From Candidatus Enterousia sp. (GTDB taxonomy: Bacteria; Pseudomonadota; Alphaproteobacteria; Rs-D84), in NCBI GenBank assembly GCA_045613785.1, contig JAZLBQ010000024.1, positions 1-64,000 of the forward strand: a stretch of DNA of 64,000 nucleotides, given 5' to 3'. Below the pieces are notes generated by a model, which was not told where the DNA came from, ran no database searches, and worked only from the letters and a program-made list of their open reading frames with translations. Made by a program: the position numbers and the translations under genes. This document shows positions 38,165 through 47,149 of the stretch, one piece after another. Every line of letters starts with the position of its first letter. Within the stretch, counting starts at the first letter, position 1.

Positions 38165-38781
38165 TGGCTGAGGATTAAATATTTTGGTGCAGTGGTGCCG
38201 GCCTTGTTTTTTGTCTGATAGCGTGTTTGGATTATGTCAAGATCTGCAATCGTTGCAGTTAGGTCGGTGTTTGCAATTTGTTCCAAAATCCAATCAAAAT
38301 AGCCCCAGTGGTCCGTGCCAATAATTATTTCACCGTCATCAGCCAGGTATTTTGACAAGGTGTTCAAAAAAGTCGCAGATAACAGGCGACGCTTTTCGTG
38401 GCGGCTTTTTGGCCAGGGGTCGGGGTGTAAAACCCAAATCTGAGAAAATTTCGAATCGGTTTCACGCAGAAAATCACGAACATCATCAGCCCAGATTCTG
38501 ACGTTTTTATATTCGTCCATAACCTGATTCGTTTTTTCGTCTGTTATGGCAGATAACAGGGACGCCACACCGTTCATAAATGGTTCTGCCCCAATAATAA
38601 TCTTGTCGGGGTTGGTGGTTGCCAGGGTGCGGACGTGTTCGCCAGCACCAAAGCCGATTTCCAAGATGTCGCCAGTTGTTGGTTTTAGATTTGGTAACAG
38701 GTTTTCAACCAGCCAATTTTGGCGGGCAGATAATTTTTTGCCGTGACGACGGCCAAATGTTCTTAGTTCTTGTATTTCCAT
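38161..38781 (-). CDS. trmB: tRNA (guanine-N7)-methyltransferase
   Basis: RTFGRR.GK, LEIGFGAGEH, EPFMNG, HPDPWPKSRHEKRR, GTDH..Y, TRYQ; real start at MEIQE (38781). Confidence 0.93.
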   Translation of the reverse strand: MEIQELRTFGRRHGKKLSARQNWLVENLLPNLKPTTGDILEIGFGAGEHVRTLATTNPDKIIIGAEPFMNGVASLLSAITDEKTNQVMDEYKNVRIWADDVRDFLRETDSKFSQIWVLHPDPWPKSRHEKRRLLSATFLNTLSKYLADDGEIIIGTDHWGYFDWILEQIANTDLTATIADLDIIQTRYQTKNKAGTTAPKYLILSH

Positions 38782-38827
38782 AGTTTTAGTATAGAATTGA
38801 GTTTGATGAAAAACAAGGAATATATAG

Positions 38828-40405
38828 ATGAGAAACGGTTTGTCAAAAGATTTAATTGCACGTGTGTTAGGTGCGACACCAAAATATACAATTGAACAAT
38901 TAGAAGAAAAATTCCCAGCACGCAATCTGGCAGAAGGTGCATTTGTGACAAGATTTGCCCCAAGTCCAACAGGGTATATGCATATTGGTGGTCTGTATGG
39001 TGCGTTGATAGACTGTAAATTGGCACAGCAATCAGGTGGTGTGTTTATGTTGCGTATCGAAGATACTGATACAAAACGTGAAGTTGCAGATGCTGTTAAA
39101 ATCATCGAAGAATCAATGGATCGATTCGGACTGAAATACAATAATGTTGAGGAATATGGGCCTTATTATCAATCGCAAAGAAAAGATATTTACCACAGTG
39201 TTGTGGCACACTTGTTAGAGCAGGGGTTGGCTTATCCTTGTTTTTTAACTGCAAGCGATATGGAACAGATTCGTGAAAATCAAAAGGCAGCAGGTTTTTC
39301 AACGGGTATATATGGTGAATTTGCACGGGATAGAAATTTAACCGAAGAAGAAATCGTGGCTTATTTAGACAAAGGGTTAGTGCCATCGATTCGTTTGTAT
39401 TCAAATGGAAATCCAGAACAGCGTATATTTTGTAAAGATGCAGTTCGTGGTTCAATCGGATTCCCAGAAAATAACGAAGATATTGTTCTGATTAAATCAA
39501 ATGATGGTTTGCCAACGTATCATTTTGCTCATTTGTGTGATGATCACTTTATGCGAACGACACATGTTATTCGTGGGGAAGAGTGGTTGCCTTCGTTGCC
39601 ACTGCATGTGCAGCTGTTCCGTATGATGGGCTGGAATGCACCGTTGTATATTCATACGTCAACTATTGATAAGATTGATGAGGAAACAGGTAAACAGCGT
39701 AAACTGTCCAAACGTAAAGACCCAGAAGCAAATGTTGCGTTCTTTTTAGAGGCAGGTTGGCCAGTTGAGGCGGTAATTGAATACTTGGGGAATATTGCCG
39801 CATCGGGATACGAAGAAGCCAAAATGAAGGGGCAGGTTAAATCGTTCTGGGATTATGAAATGCGTGCAAAAAAAATTCCTATGTCTGGTGCGTTGTTTGA
39901 TATGAAAAAATTGGAATGGTGGGCCAAGGAATTTATTGGTGCGTTGCCAGTGCCAGAATTGGTCAATCGTGTTGTAAATTGGGCAAATGAATATGGAAAT
40001 GACGTCAATAAAATGCAGGTTGCAGATGTGGCTTATTTAACAGGCGTGTTGGGTATTGAACGTGATAATCCAAAACGTGTTCGTAAGGACTTTATTACGT
40101 GGTCACAGACGTTGGAAAATGTTGCGTTTTTCTGGGATGAATTGTTTGTGCCAAATACTGAATATGAATTTAATTCAGATGTTTTAAAGGCCTTTTTGGA
40201 AACGTATAACGAATCGGATGACAAGGATACTTGGTGGGGAAAAATTGTGGCTGTTGCCGAAAGCTTGGGCGTAAAAAATGGTGATGTGGCAATGAATTTG
40301 CGTGTGGCATTATCGGGACGCACAAATACACCTGATTTGTATTCTATTATGAGTGTAATGGGCGGTGATAGAGTTCAAAAACGAATCGAAGGGGTATTAA
40401 AATGA
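38828..40405 (+). CDS. gltX: Glutamyl-tRNA synthetase
   Basis: TRFAPSPTGYMHIGG, LRIEDTD, PTYHFAH, THVIRGEEW, KLSKRK. Confidence 0.97.
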   Translation: MRNGLSKDLIARVLGATPKYTIEQLEEKFPARNLAEGAFVTRFAPSPTGYMHIGGLYGALIDCKLAQQSGGVFMLRIEDTDTKREVADAVKIIEESMDRFGLKYNNVEEYGPYYQSQRKDIYHSVVAHLLEQGLAYPCFLTASDMEQIRENQKAAGFSTGIYGEFARDRNLTEEEIVAYLDKGLVPSIRLYSNGNPEQRIFCKDAVRGSIGFPENNEDIVLIKSNDGLPTYHFAHLCDDHFMRTTHVIRGEEWLPSLPLHVQLFRMMGWNAPLYIHTSTIDKIDEETGKQRKLSKRKDPEANVAFFLEAGWPVEAVIEYLGNIAASGYEEAKMKGQVKSFWDYEMRAKKIPMSGALFDMKKLEWWAKEFIGALPVPELVNRVVNWANEYGNDVNKMQVADVAYLTGVLGIERDNPKRVRKDFITWSQTLENVAFFWDELFVPNTEYEFNSDVLKAFLETYNESDDKDTWWGKIVAVAESLGVKNGDVAMNLRVALSGRTNTPDLYSIMSVMGGDRVQKRIEGVLK

Positions 40406-41139
40406 CAGAGTCTAAACGGACTAGAATCAAGGCTGTAAAGAAAGATGAACATGGTTCACACCTGTTAAAGGTTTTGCGTGCAACAGGACTTTTCCGTTGG
40501 GAAAAACCGTCAACGCATGTTGAAGAAGTTGTAAATATTCTAACGCATGGGATTGGTATTGGACTTGCCATTGCAGCATTGACCTTGTTAGTTGTTTTTG
40601 CAGGAATAAAGGGTGATGTGTGGGCAATCGTTTCTTGTGCTGTATTTGGTGTGACAATGATAACCTTGTATTTTGGTTCGACAATGTGTCATGCAACAAT
40701 CGGAAAAAAACATGAATGCTTTTTTGAAGTATGGGATAGCGTTGCAATATATGCTTTGATTGCAGGAACTTATACGCCATTTTTATTGGTGAATTTGCGG
40801 GGTGTTATCGGCTGGACGGTTCTTGCAATTTTGTGGGGAATTGTGTTGTTTGGGGCTTATATGAAAATCCGGAATCCTCGTCAACAACCTAAGTGGATGG
40901 TGGCTCTGTATGTTGCAATGGGGTGGACGTTGTTGTTCATATTGCCTGCAATGATTCGTAGTATTCCAGAACGTGGATTGTGGTTTATTCTGGCTGGTGG
41001 ATTGGCATATACAATCGGGGTGATATTCTATCTGTGGCGACGTATGAAGTTTTCACATGCTGTGTGGCACTTGTTCGTAATTGGGGGCAGTGTGTGTTTC
41101 TTTTTTGCGGTTCTGTTCGGATGTATTTTTGATTTGTAA
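40402..41139 (+). CDS. Hemolysin III / PAQR-family membrane protein
   Basis: EEVVN.LTHG, ST..H, D..AIY.LIAGTYTP, HAVWHLFV. Confidence 0.92.
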   Translation: MTESKRTRIKAVKKDEHGSHLLKVLRATGLFRWEKPSTHVEEVVNILTHGIGIGLAIAALTLLVVFAGIKGDVWAIVSCAVFGVTMITLYFGSTMCHATIGKKHECFFEVWDSVAIYALIAGTYTPFLLVNLRGVIGWTVLAILWGIVLFGAYMKIRNPRQQPKWMVALYVAMGWTLLFILPAMIRSIPERGLWFILAGGLAYTIGVIFYLWRRMKFSHAVWHLFVIGGSVCFFFAVLFGCIFDL

Positions 41140-41149
41140 GGTATATGTT

Positions 41150-41545
41150 ATGCCGTATGAATATCAAAAAAATACAGGGGTGGATGAAGAAAAATTGCTG
41201 AAAAATCCATATAGGAATCTTGAATTAGATTTTCCCTATGTGTGTGATGGTTGTGCGGAAAAATGTCAGTTGTCTGTGAATTTATGCACTGTGCCAACAG
41301 ATACAAGATTTTGTTGTGGTGTTGATTCCGTTCGTTTCAAAGTTGTGCCCGAGATGTATGCAGGGGATAAGAAGTTCTTCGAATTTCCAGTGAACAGACC
41401 AAATGTATATTATCCACATGGATGTAATTTGACAGTGTTTCAGGTTTTAGGTGATACTTCGTTATGCTTACGTGAGGCAGAAGATAGGTATAAAAGTGCA
41501 TTGATGTGGTGCAGGGCGACTTGTAAACACAGCAAAATGAGATAA
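41150..41545 (+). CDS. Hypothetical Cys-rich protein, 131 aa
   Basis: ATG after 'aaggt'; CxxCxxxC near the N-terminus and CxxxCxH at the C-terminus. Confidence 0.6.
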   Translation: MPYEYQKNTGVDEEKLLKNPYRNLELDFPYVCDGCAEKCQLSVNLCTVPTDTRFCCGVDSVRFKVVPEMYAGDKKFFEFPVNRPNVYYPHGCNLTVFQVLGDTSLCLREAEDRYKSALMWCRATCKHSKMR

Positions 41546-41601
41546 GTTGGAATAACAGATTGGTTTGCTGTGGTTGTGTCTTGTGTGATAAATTATATCG
41601 C

Positions 41602-41630
41602 TTGATTTTTATTTGGAATGGGAATACTAT
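41602..41630 (+). promoter_or_regulatory. Putative sigma70 promoter of the thrS leader
   Basis: TTGATT-17 nt-TACTAT, ending 7 nt before the leader ATG. Confidence 0.6.
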
Positions 41631-41637
41631 ATTAGGT

Positions 41638-41694
41638 ATGAATTTGTTTAAAATTTTCTTCACAACAACTACTACAACCCCGTTGGGGGTGTAA
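41638..41694 (+). CDS. Thr-rich leader peptide of thrS (MNLFKIFFTTTTTTPLGV)
   Basis: Six consecutive Thr codons ACA ACA ACT ACT ACA ACC, about 80 nt upstream of threonyl-tRNA synthetase. Confidence 0.85.
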   Translation: MNLFKIFFTTTTTTPLGV

Positions 41695-41775
41695 TTTCTG
41701 TGTTGCGTTCAAACGCATTTCTTAATTAAAATTTAATCAAATAAAAATAAAAACAAAAAAGCATAAGGATTTATT

Positions 41776-43509
41776 ATGTCGTATGATATTGAATTGATTC
41801 GTCATTCGCTGGCACATGTTATGGCGGCCGCAGTTAAAAAATTGCACCCAGATGTTAAATTTGCAGGGGGGCCTGCTATTGAAAATGGGTTCTATTATGA
41901 CTTTGATACAGAATATCGTTTTTCTGAAGAAGATTTTGCACAAATCGAAAAGGAAATGCGTGATTTAATCAAGTCAAATGGTCGCTTTGAACAGAGAAAT
42001 GTTTCATTAGATGAAGCAAAAGAAATTTTTGCAAATCAGCCATATAAAATGGAATGGTTAAATGAATATGATGCCGCAGGTGAGGCATTGTCAATTTATA
42101 CTTTCCGTGATTTTGTTGACTTGTGTCGTGGGCCACACGTTGAAAGTTCCAAGGATTTGCCACGTGATGCTTTCAAAATTCGCAGTGTTGCAGGGGCTTA
42201 TTGGAAGGGTGATGCAAAAAATAAAATGTTGCAGCGTATTTATGTCGATGCATTTGCAACAAAAGAAGAATTAGAACAGTTCTTGAAAATGCAGGAAGAA
42301 GCCGCTGCACGTGATAATCGCAAATTGGGGAAAGATATGGACTTGTTCCATTTTGAACCAGAATATGCACCAGGATCTGTGTTCTGGCATGACAAGGGAT
42401 ACAAAATGTATCGCAAGTTGATTGAATATGTCCGTTATCGTCAGGAATTGGCTGGATATCAGGAAATTTCAACGCCTGCTGTTATGGACAGATGTTTGTG
42501 GGAACGTTCTGGGCACTGGGCAAAATATGGTGAACATAATTATTCAGGTAAAACACAGGACGGGAAAGTGTTCTGTATTAAACCAATGTCTTGTCCAGGT
42601 GGTATGCTGGTATTTGGACACGGACTTCGTTCATACAAAGATTTGCCATTGTATATGGCGGAATTTGGTAAAGTGCATCGCTATGAAGCGGCAGGTGGTT
42701 TGTCTGGGTTGATGCGTGTGCGTGAATTTACACAGGATGATGCTCATATTTTCTGCACAGAAGAACAATTAGAAGAAGAAGTTGTTAAAATCTTGCAGTT
42801 CATCAAGGATATTTATGGAAAGTTCGGTTTCGAAAATATCACAATGAAGTTGGCAACACGTAAAGAATCTGAATTCCGTATCGGGTCTGATGAAATTTGG
42901 GACAAGGCCGAAGGGGCTTTGAAGCACGCACTGGACGCAAATGGTATTGAATACGAAATCGCCGAAGGTGATGCGGCATTCTATGGACCAAAGATTGACA
43001 ATTATCTGAAAGATTCTATGGGACGTGTATGGCAGTGTGGAACAGTTCAGTTGGATATGAATCTGCCAGAACGATTCGATTTGTCTTATGTTGGTGAAGA
43101 TGGTGAAAAACATCGCCCAATTATGTTGCATCGTGCAATGTTGGGGTCTATTGAAAGATTTATGGGCGTGTTGTTGGAATCAACAGGTGGTAATTTGCCT
43201 TTGTGGCTGAGTCCAGAACCAGTCGTTGTCGCACCAATTTCAGAAAAATATGCACAGTATGCTAATGAAATTGTTGCACAATTGCGTGCTGCTGGTGTAA
43301 ATGCACGTGCAGATTTGCGTGATGAAAAAGTAAACTATAAAATCCGTGAATTGTCGTTGGCAAAAACACCTATCATTGCAATTGTAGGCGAAAAAGAAAT
43401 GGCTGATAAAAATGTTACTCTGCGTCGCTTGGGCGTTGAAAAACAGGAAGTTATGCCAATGGCAGAATTCATTGAAATGATGAAAAATGCTGTGAAAATG
43501 CCATTGTAA
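41776..43509 (+). CDS. thrS: Threonyl-tRNA synthetase (lacks the N-terminal TGS domain)
   Basis: RHSLAH, GFYYDF, DLCRGPH, KPMSCP, HRYE, GLMRVREFTQDDAHIF, FYGPKID, HRAMLGSIERF. Confidence 0.98.
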   Translation: MSYDIELIRHSLAHVMAAAVKKLHPDVKFAGGPAIENGFYYDFDTEYRFSEEDFAQIEKEMRDLIKSNGRFEQRNVSLDEAKEIFANQPYKMEWLNEYDAAGEALSIYTFRDFVDLCRGPHVESSKDLPRDAFKIRSVAGAYWKGDAKNKMLQRIYVDAFATKEELEQFLKMQEEAAARDNRKLGKDMDLFHFEPEYAPGSVFWHDKGYKMYRKLIEYVRYRQELAGYQEISTPAVMDRCLWERSGHWAKYGEHNYSGKTQDGKVFCIKPMSCPGGMLVFGHGLRSYKDLPLYMAEFGKVHRYEAAGGLSGLMRVREFTQDDAHIFCTEEQLEEEVVKILQFIKDIYGKFGFENITMKLATRKESEFRIGSDEIWDKAEGALKHALDANGIEYEIAEGDAAFYGPKIDNYLKDSMGRVWQCGTVQLDMNLPERFDLSYVGEDGEKHRPIMLHRAMLGSIERFMGVLLESTGGNLPLWLSPEPVVVAPISEKYAQYANEIVAQLRAAGVNARADLRDEKVNYKIRELSLAKTPIIAIVGEKEMADKNVTLRRLGVEKQEVMPMAEFIEMMKNAVKMPL

Positions 43510-43514
43510 TTTTT

Positions 43515-43537
43515 AGGGGTGGGAAACCACCCCTTTT
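43515..43537 (+). terminator. Terminator after thrS
   Basis: aggggtgg-gaaa-ccacccct-ttt. Confidence 0.7.
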
Positions 43538-43555
43538 GAAAAAAAAGGGGGAAAG

Positions 43556-43699
43556 ATGAAAAAAATCTTGATTGTGTGCGTGCTGGGAATGCTGCCTGTG
43601 ATTTGTGGGGGCTGTGCAAAAAAGTGCGAAGTCGAACCAATCGTCGAACAAAATCACAAATTGATTGTGCCACCAAATTTTGGACAAATGCCAAAGTAA
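43556..43699 (+). CDS. Small lipoprotein, 47 aa (not in ORF track; DUF3035-like tail)
   Basis: MKKILIVCVLGMLPVICGGCAKKCEVEPIVEQNHKLIVPPNFGQMPK; SD ggggga; lipobox-like CGGC; 'LIVPPNF'. Confidence 0.7.
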   Translation: MKKILIVCVLGMLPVICGGCAKKCEVEPIVEQNHKLIVPPNFGQMPK

Positions 43700-43777
43700 A
43701 AAAAGTAAGCCAAAGCGTTTTGTTTTTGGCTTTTTTTATGATATAATGTCCATAATGAAATATGGGGGGATTTTATC

Positions 43778-44614
43778 ATGAATGATGATAATAACTTGGA
43801 TTTATTAGATTTAGACGATAACGGGGCAATGGATACTTTGCCTGATGCGACACCTTTTGTAAACCCACGTCCAAAAAAACCGTGGCTGTTGTTGACAATC
43901 GGATTGGTCGTTATTGTCTTGGCAACATATATCATCATTCAAGCGATTGGTGATGAAACTTCTTCGTCAATTGATGTTGATTTAGATGTGCCTGTGATGG
44001 TGGATTCAGGGGCAGGGCAACCAGTGCCGGTTGATATGAACGTGATGCCGCCTGTGCAGCCGGTAAATGTTGTGCCACAACCTGTGGTTCAGCCGCAGCC
44101 GCAACAGGTCGTGCAACCAAATCCACAGCCTGTGGTTCAGCCACAACCACAACAGCAGACCGCTGGTGTGCCTGTGCGGGTAATAGAAGAAAGAAAAGAA
44201 GTTGTGTTTAACCCAGAAAAAGCTGTTGCAGAGCCTGCACCAAAGATTGTCGAAAAACCAAAACCAGTGGCAGCAAAGCCTGCTGTGTCTGCGTCTAAAC
44301 CTGCTGCAAAGTCCGTTGCAAAACCAGCAGTGAAAACAACAGCAGCAAAGCCAGTGGCAAAACCTGTCACAGGGGCTTGGTATGTTCAGTTTGGATCATA
44401 CAGCACACGTGCTTTGGCAGAAAATGCACAACGCCAGATTCAAAATGCACACAAAAGCTTGTTTGAAGGACATCAATTCGTTATCTTGGCAGCACAGTTA
44501 AAAGATGGTAAAACAACATACAGATTGCGTGTGGCTTTCAAGACATCTAATGATGCAAATGGGTTCTGTCGTAATGCAAAATCTGATGGATTGGATTGTT
44601 ATGTAGCAAAATAA
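43778..44614 (+). CDS. SPOR-domain cell division protein (FtsN-like)
   Basis: Single TM, Q/P- and A/K-rich linker with QPVVQPQP repeats, SPOR 'WYVQFGSY...YRLRV.F....ANGFC...C'. Confidence 0.85.
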   Translation: MNDDNNLDLLDLDDNGAMDTLPDATPFVNPRPKKPWLLLTIGLVVIVLATYIIIQAIGDETSSSIDVDLDVPVMVDSGAGQPVPVDMNVMPPVQPVNVVPQPVVQPQPQQVVQPNPQPVVQPQPQQQTAGVPVRVIEERKEVVFNPEKAVAEPAPKIVEKPKPVAAKPAVSASKPAAKSVAKPAVKTTAAKPVAKPVTGAWYVQFGSYSTRALAENAQRQIQNAHKSLFEGHQFVILAAQLKDGKTTYRLRVAFKTSNDANGFCRNAKSDGLDCYVAK

Positions 44615-44629
44615 AAAAAAGGACGAACG

Positions 44630-44824
44630 ATGAGATTAGGTTGGATGGAAATTCTTTTAATTGTTGTCTTGGTAATAATTTTGTTCGGACATAACAAAAT
44701 ACCAGGAATGATGAAAAATTTGGCAGATGGATTGAATATCTTTAAAAAAGAAATAAAGTCTGATTCCAAAAAAACAGAAAAAAAAGCACCAGTGAAGAAA
44801 AAAGTGCAATCAAAGAAAAAATAA
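44630..44824 (+). CDS. tatA: Twin-arginine translocase TatA
   Basis: GWMEILLI...LFG..KIP..M..LA.GL..FKKE. Confidence 0.92.
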   Translation: MRLGWMEILLIVVLVIILFGHNKIPGMMKNLADGLNIFKKEIKSDSKKTEKKAPVKKKVQSKKK

Positions 44825-44825
44825 A

Positions 44826-44889
44826 AAAAATTCCCCCGATTTGGGGGATTTTTTAAAGTAATAAAAATCCCCTGGTTAAGGGGATTTTT
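44826..44889. terminator. Two adjacent terminator hairpins between tatA and dksA
   Basis: ttccccc-gattt-gggggattttt and aaaaatcccct-ggtta-aggggattttt. Confidence 0.75.
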
Positions 44890-44891
44890 GT

Positions 44892-45350
44892 TTAGTTTTT
44901 ATGTGCTTCGTATTCTTCTTGTTCGTCAACAGTCATTGTCGCCAATGGACGTGCCATCATTCGTTGAATACCGATTTCATCACCAGAAACAACGCTGTAA
45001 CCATATTTCTTGGACAGTTCCATATCTGGATTTGTGCTGTTTTCAATCCGTGTTAGTGCAACTTCTATTTTTTGCAATAGTTTGTTGTTGCGGTCATACA
45101 TACGCAAATCCATTGTGATGTCTTGGTTAAATGTGGCGTTGTCAGATTCGTCGCCAACACCTAGCGAATCGGTTTTTTCAGCCAAGCGAACAGCGTTCAA
45201 TACAGATTCTTTGCTGTTTTCGATTTCTTCTTTCTGAGCCTTTAAAATGCGATAGAAATACGCCAACTGCATCGGGCACATGTATGGCTCGCTCTTTTTA
45301 GGTTTGTAGTTGGCAGGTAGTTCAAGCGTCTTGTAATCTTGTGATGACAT
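44892..45350 (-). CDS. dksA: RNA polymerase-binding protein DksA (Cys-free zinc-finger region)
   Basis: YKP..SEPYM, DESDNA (DxxDxA), KIEVAL.RI, YGY....G.EIG..R..ARP.A. Confidence 0.9.
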   Translation of the reverse strand: MSSQDYKTLELPANYKPKKSEPYMCPMQLAYFYRILKAQKEEIENSKESVLNAVRLAEKTDSLGVGDESDNATFNQDITMDLRMYDRNNKLLQKIEVALTRIENSTNPDMELSKKYGYSVVSGDEIGIQRMMARPLATMTVDEQEEYEAHKN

Positions 45351-45355
45351 TGTTT

Positions 45356-45673
45356 TTAACCTTTTAGTTCTTGAATCCAGGATAGTAGTGTTTCTTCGTC
45401 CATAACACCTGTGCGTGCTTCGACCAGTTCGCCGTTTTTAAATGCTAAAACAGATGGTATGCTGCGGATTCCGTATTTCGCAGGAGTTTGACGATTCGAT
45501 TCGTCTATTTCAAACTTTATAAATTTTGCATCGTTGGTTTTTTCAGATGTTGATTCAAAAATTGGACCAAACATACGGCATGGACCACACCAAACAGCCC
45601 AGAAATCAACCAAGGTTATGCCAGTGCCAATCATACTGTCAAATGTTGCGTCAGTTGCATGTTCTAATGCCAT
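45356..45673 (-). CDS. trxA: Thioredoxin
   Basis: VDFWAVWCGPC, YGIRSIP; start at MALEH behind aaggag. Confidence 0.95.
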   Translation of the reverse strand: MALEHATDATFDSMIGTGITLVDFWAVWCGPCRMFGPIFESTSEKTNDAKFIKFEIDESNRQTPAKYGIRSIPSVLAFKNGELVEARTGVMDEETLLSWIQELKG

Positions 45674-45747
45674 ATTTTTCTCCTTTCTGTTATTGATATT
45701 CGGCAAGAGTGTATTATAATCACCATAAAATGCAAGAGAAATCATAA

Positions 45748-46836
45748 ATGAATAAAATCATATACTTAGACGCTGCCGCAAGTTATCTAAAATCATCTGC
45801 TGTTATAAATGCTCAGGTCGATTTTTTGCAGAATAATTATGCTAATGCTGGACGGGGGATTTGTGCCAGGGCTGTTGCTGTAGATAATATGATTTCTGGT
45901 GTGCGTCTTCGTGTGGCAGATTTTATTGGTGCAAAACCTGAAAATATTGTTTTTACGTCTGGAACAACTGATGGTATGAACAGGGTTGTTGCATTGGTTG
46001 GGCCGGATAAGTCAAAAACTGTTGCGTTGTCGGAACTGGATCATCACAGTGCTTGTTTGCCGTGGGTGGCAAGTGGGGCAAATGTTGTTATGTGTCCGTT
46101 AGACGCACAATATAATTTTGATATTGAAAATATCCCATGGGCAGATGTTTTGGTTTTGACAGCGATGTCTAATGTGTTGGGCGTTCCGCAAAAAGTGCAA
46201 GAAATTATACGCATGGCACGTGAAAAAAATCCGAATGTCATCGTCGTTGTTGATGCTGCACAATATGTTGTTCATGAAAAAATAAATGCAGAAAAGTGGG
46301 GGGCTGATTTTATTGTCTTTTCAGGGCATAAAATTGGTGCAGATACAGGTGTTGGGATTTTGTATATAAAAAATCCTGGTGCGTTTAGTCCTGATAAGTT
46401 TGGCGGTGGTATGGTTCAAACTGTTGATGGGTTTAATTGGGAATTGGCAAATCTGCCAGAGCGGTTCGAGGCAGGGACTTTGCCATTGACGCAAATCGCA
46501 GGTTTGGCAGTCGCTGTTGATGAAATTGAAAATAATCGACCCGATTTATCGCTGATAAAATATATGCGTGATGAATTATTAAAATTGGACAAGGTTCGTG
46601 TTCTTTCTTCTGATGGGGCAGCGGTGTTGTCTTTTGTTGTCGATGGTATGCATTGCTTGGATGTTGGTGTAATGCTGGGGGCAAGAAATGTTTGTGTGCG
46701 GGTTGGTCAAATGTGTGCTGCATGGATTCACAAGGCATTAGGTGTGCCTGGAACGATTCGAATTTCTGTTGGTGCATATAATACAATCGAAGAAGTAAAA
46801 GCAGTTGTTGATATAATAAAAGATATTGTGAAATGA
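45748..46836 (+). CDS. sufS: SufS-like cysteine desulfurase
   Basis: YLDAAA, FTSGTT, DHHS, SNVLG, DAAQ, FSGHK, FEAGT, RVGQMCA (catalytic Cys). Confidence 0.88.
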   Translation: MNKIIYLDAAASYLKSSAVINAQVDFLQNNYANAGRGICARAVAVDNMISGVRLRVADFIGAKPENIVFTSGTTDGMNRVVALVGPDKSKTVALSELDHHSACLPWVASGANVVMCPLDAQYNFDIENIPWADVLVLTAMSNVLGVPQKVQEIIRMAREKNPNVIVVVDAAQYVVHEKINAEKWGADFIVFSGHKIGADTGVGILYIKNPGAFSPDKFGGGMVQTVDGFNWELANLPERFEAGTLPLTQIAGLAVAVDEIENNRPDLSLIKYMRDELLKLDKVRVLSSDGAAVLSFVVDGMHCLDVGVMLGARNVCVRVGQMCAAWIHKALGVPGTIRISVGAYNTIEEVKAVVDIIKDIVK

Positions 46837-47147
46837 CGTGGACAAAAGACGATATTATTGCAGGTTTGAAAACAATTTATGACCCAGAAATCCCAGTAAA
46901 TATTTGGGATATGGGGTTGATTTATAATATAGATATATCAGATGATATTGTTGTTTTGCAGATGACGTTTACCAGTCCAACCTGTCCAATGATGGAAGAA
47001 TTGTTAGAGCAGGTGCGTAGCGTCGTTCAAAATATTACAGGAACAACACCTGTTCGGGTTGATTTAGTTTGGGATCCACCGTGGGATTTAAGTCGTATGT
47101 CTGATGAGGCACGACTGGAACTGGATTTGACAAATCAGGGATGGTAG
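46833..47147 (+). CDS. sufT: Fe-S cluster assembly protein SufT (DUF59)
   Basis: YDPEIPVNI.DMGLIY, TSPTCP, VWDPPW. Confidence 0.9.
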   Translation: MTWTKDDIIAGLKTIYDPEIPVNIWDMGLIYNIDISDDIVVLQMTFTSPTCPMMEELLEQVRSVVQNITGTTPVRVDLVWDPPWDLSRMSDEARLELDLTNQGW

Positions 47148-47149
47148 TT

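Noticed and set aside
38782-39141. 120-aa N-terminal extension of trmB running antisense through gltX
   Set aside because: Shadow frame of the conserved gltX N-terminus; TrmB homology begins at MEIQELRTFG (38781).
41722-41736. TTAA-N7-TTAA (CtrA-box-like) upstream of thrS
   Set aside because: It lies in a very AT-rich tract where the motif is expected by chance, and thrS is not a typical target.
41546-41775. T-box riboswitch upstream of thrS
   Set aside because: No GGTGGNACCGCG T-box motif and too little room; the leader peptide explains the region.
44050-44370. QPVVQPQP and AAKP repeats as a distinct repeat element
   Set aside because: Ordinary low-complexity linker of an FtsN-like protein.
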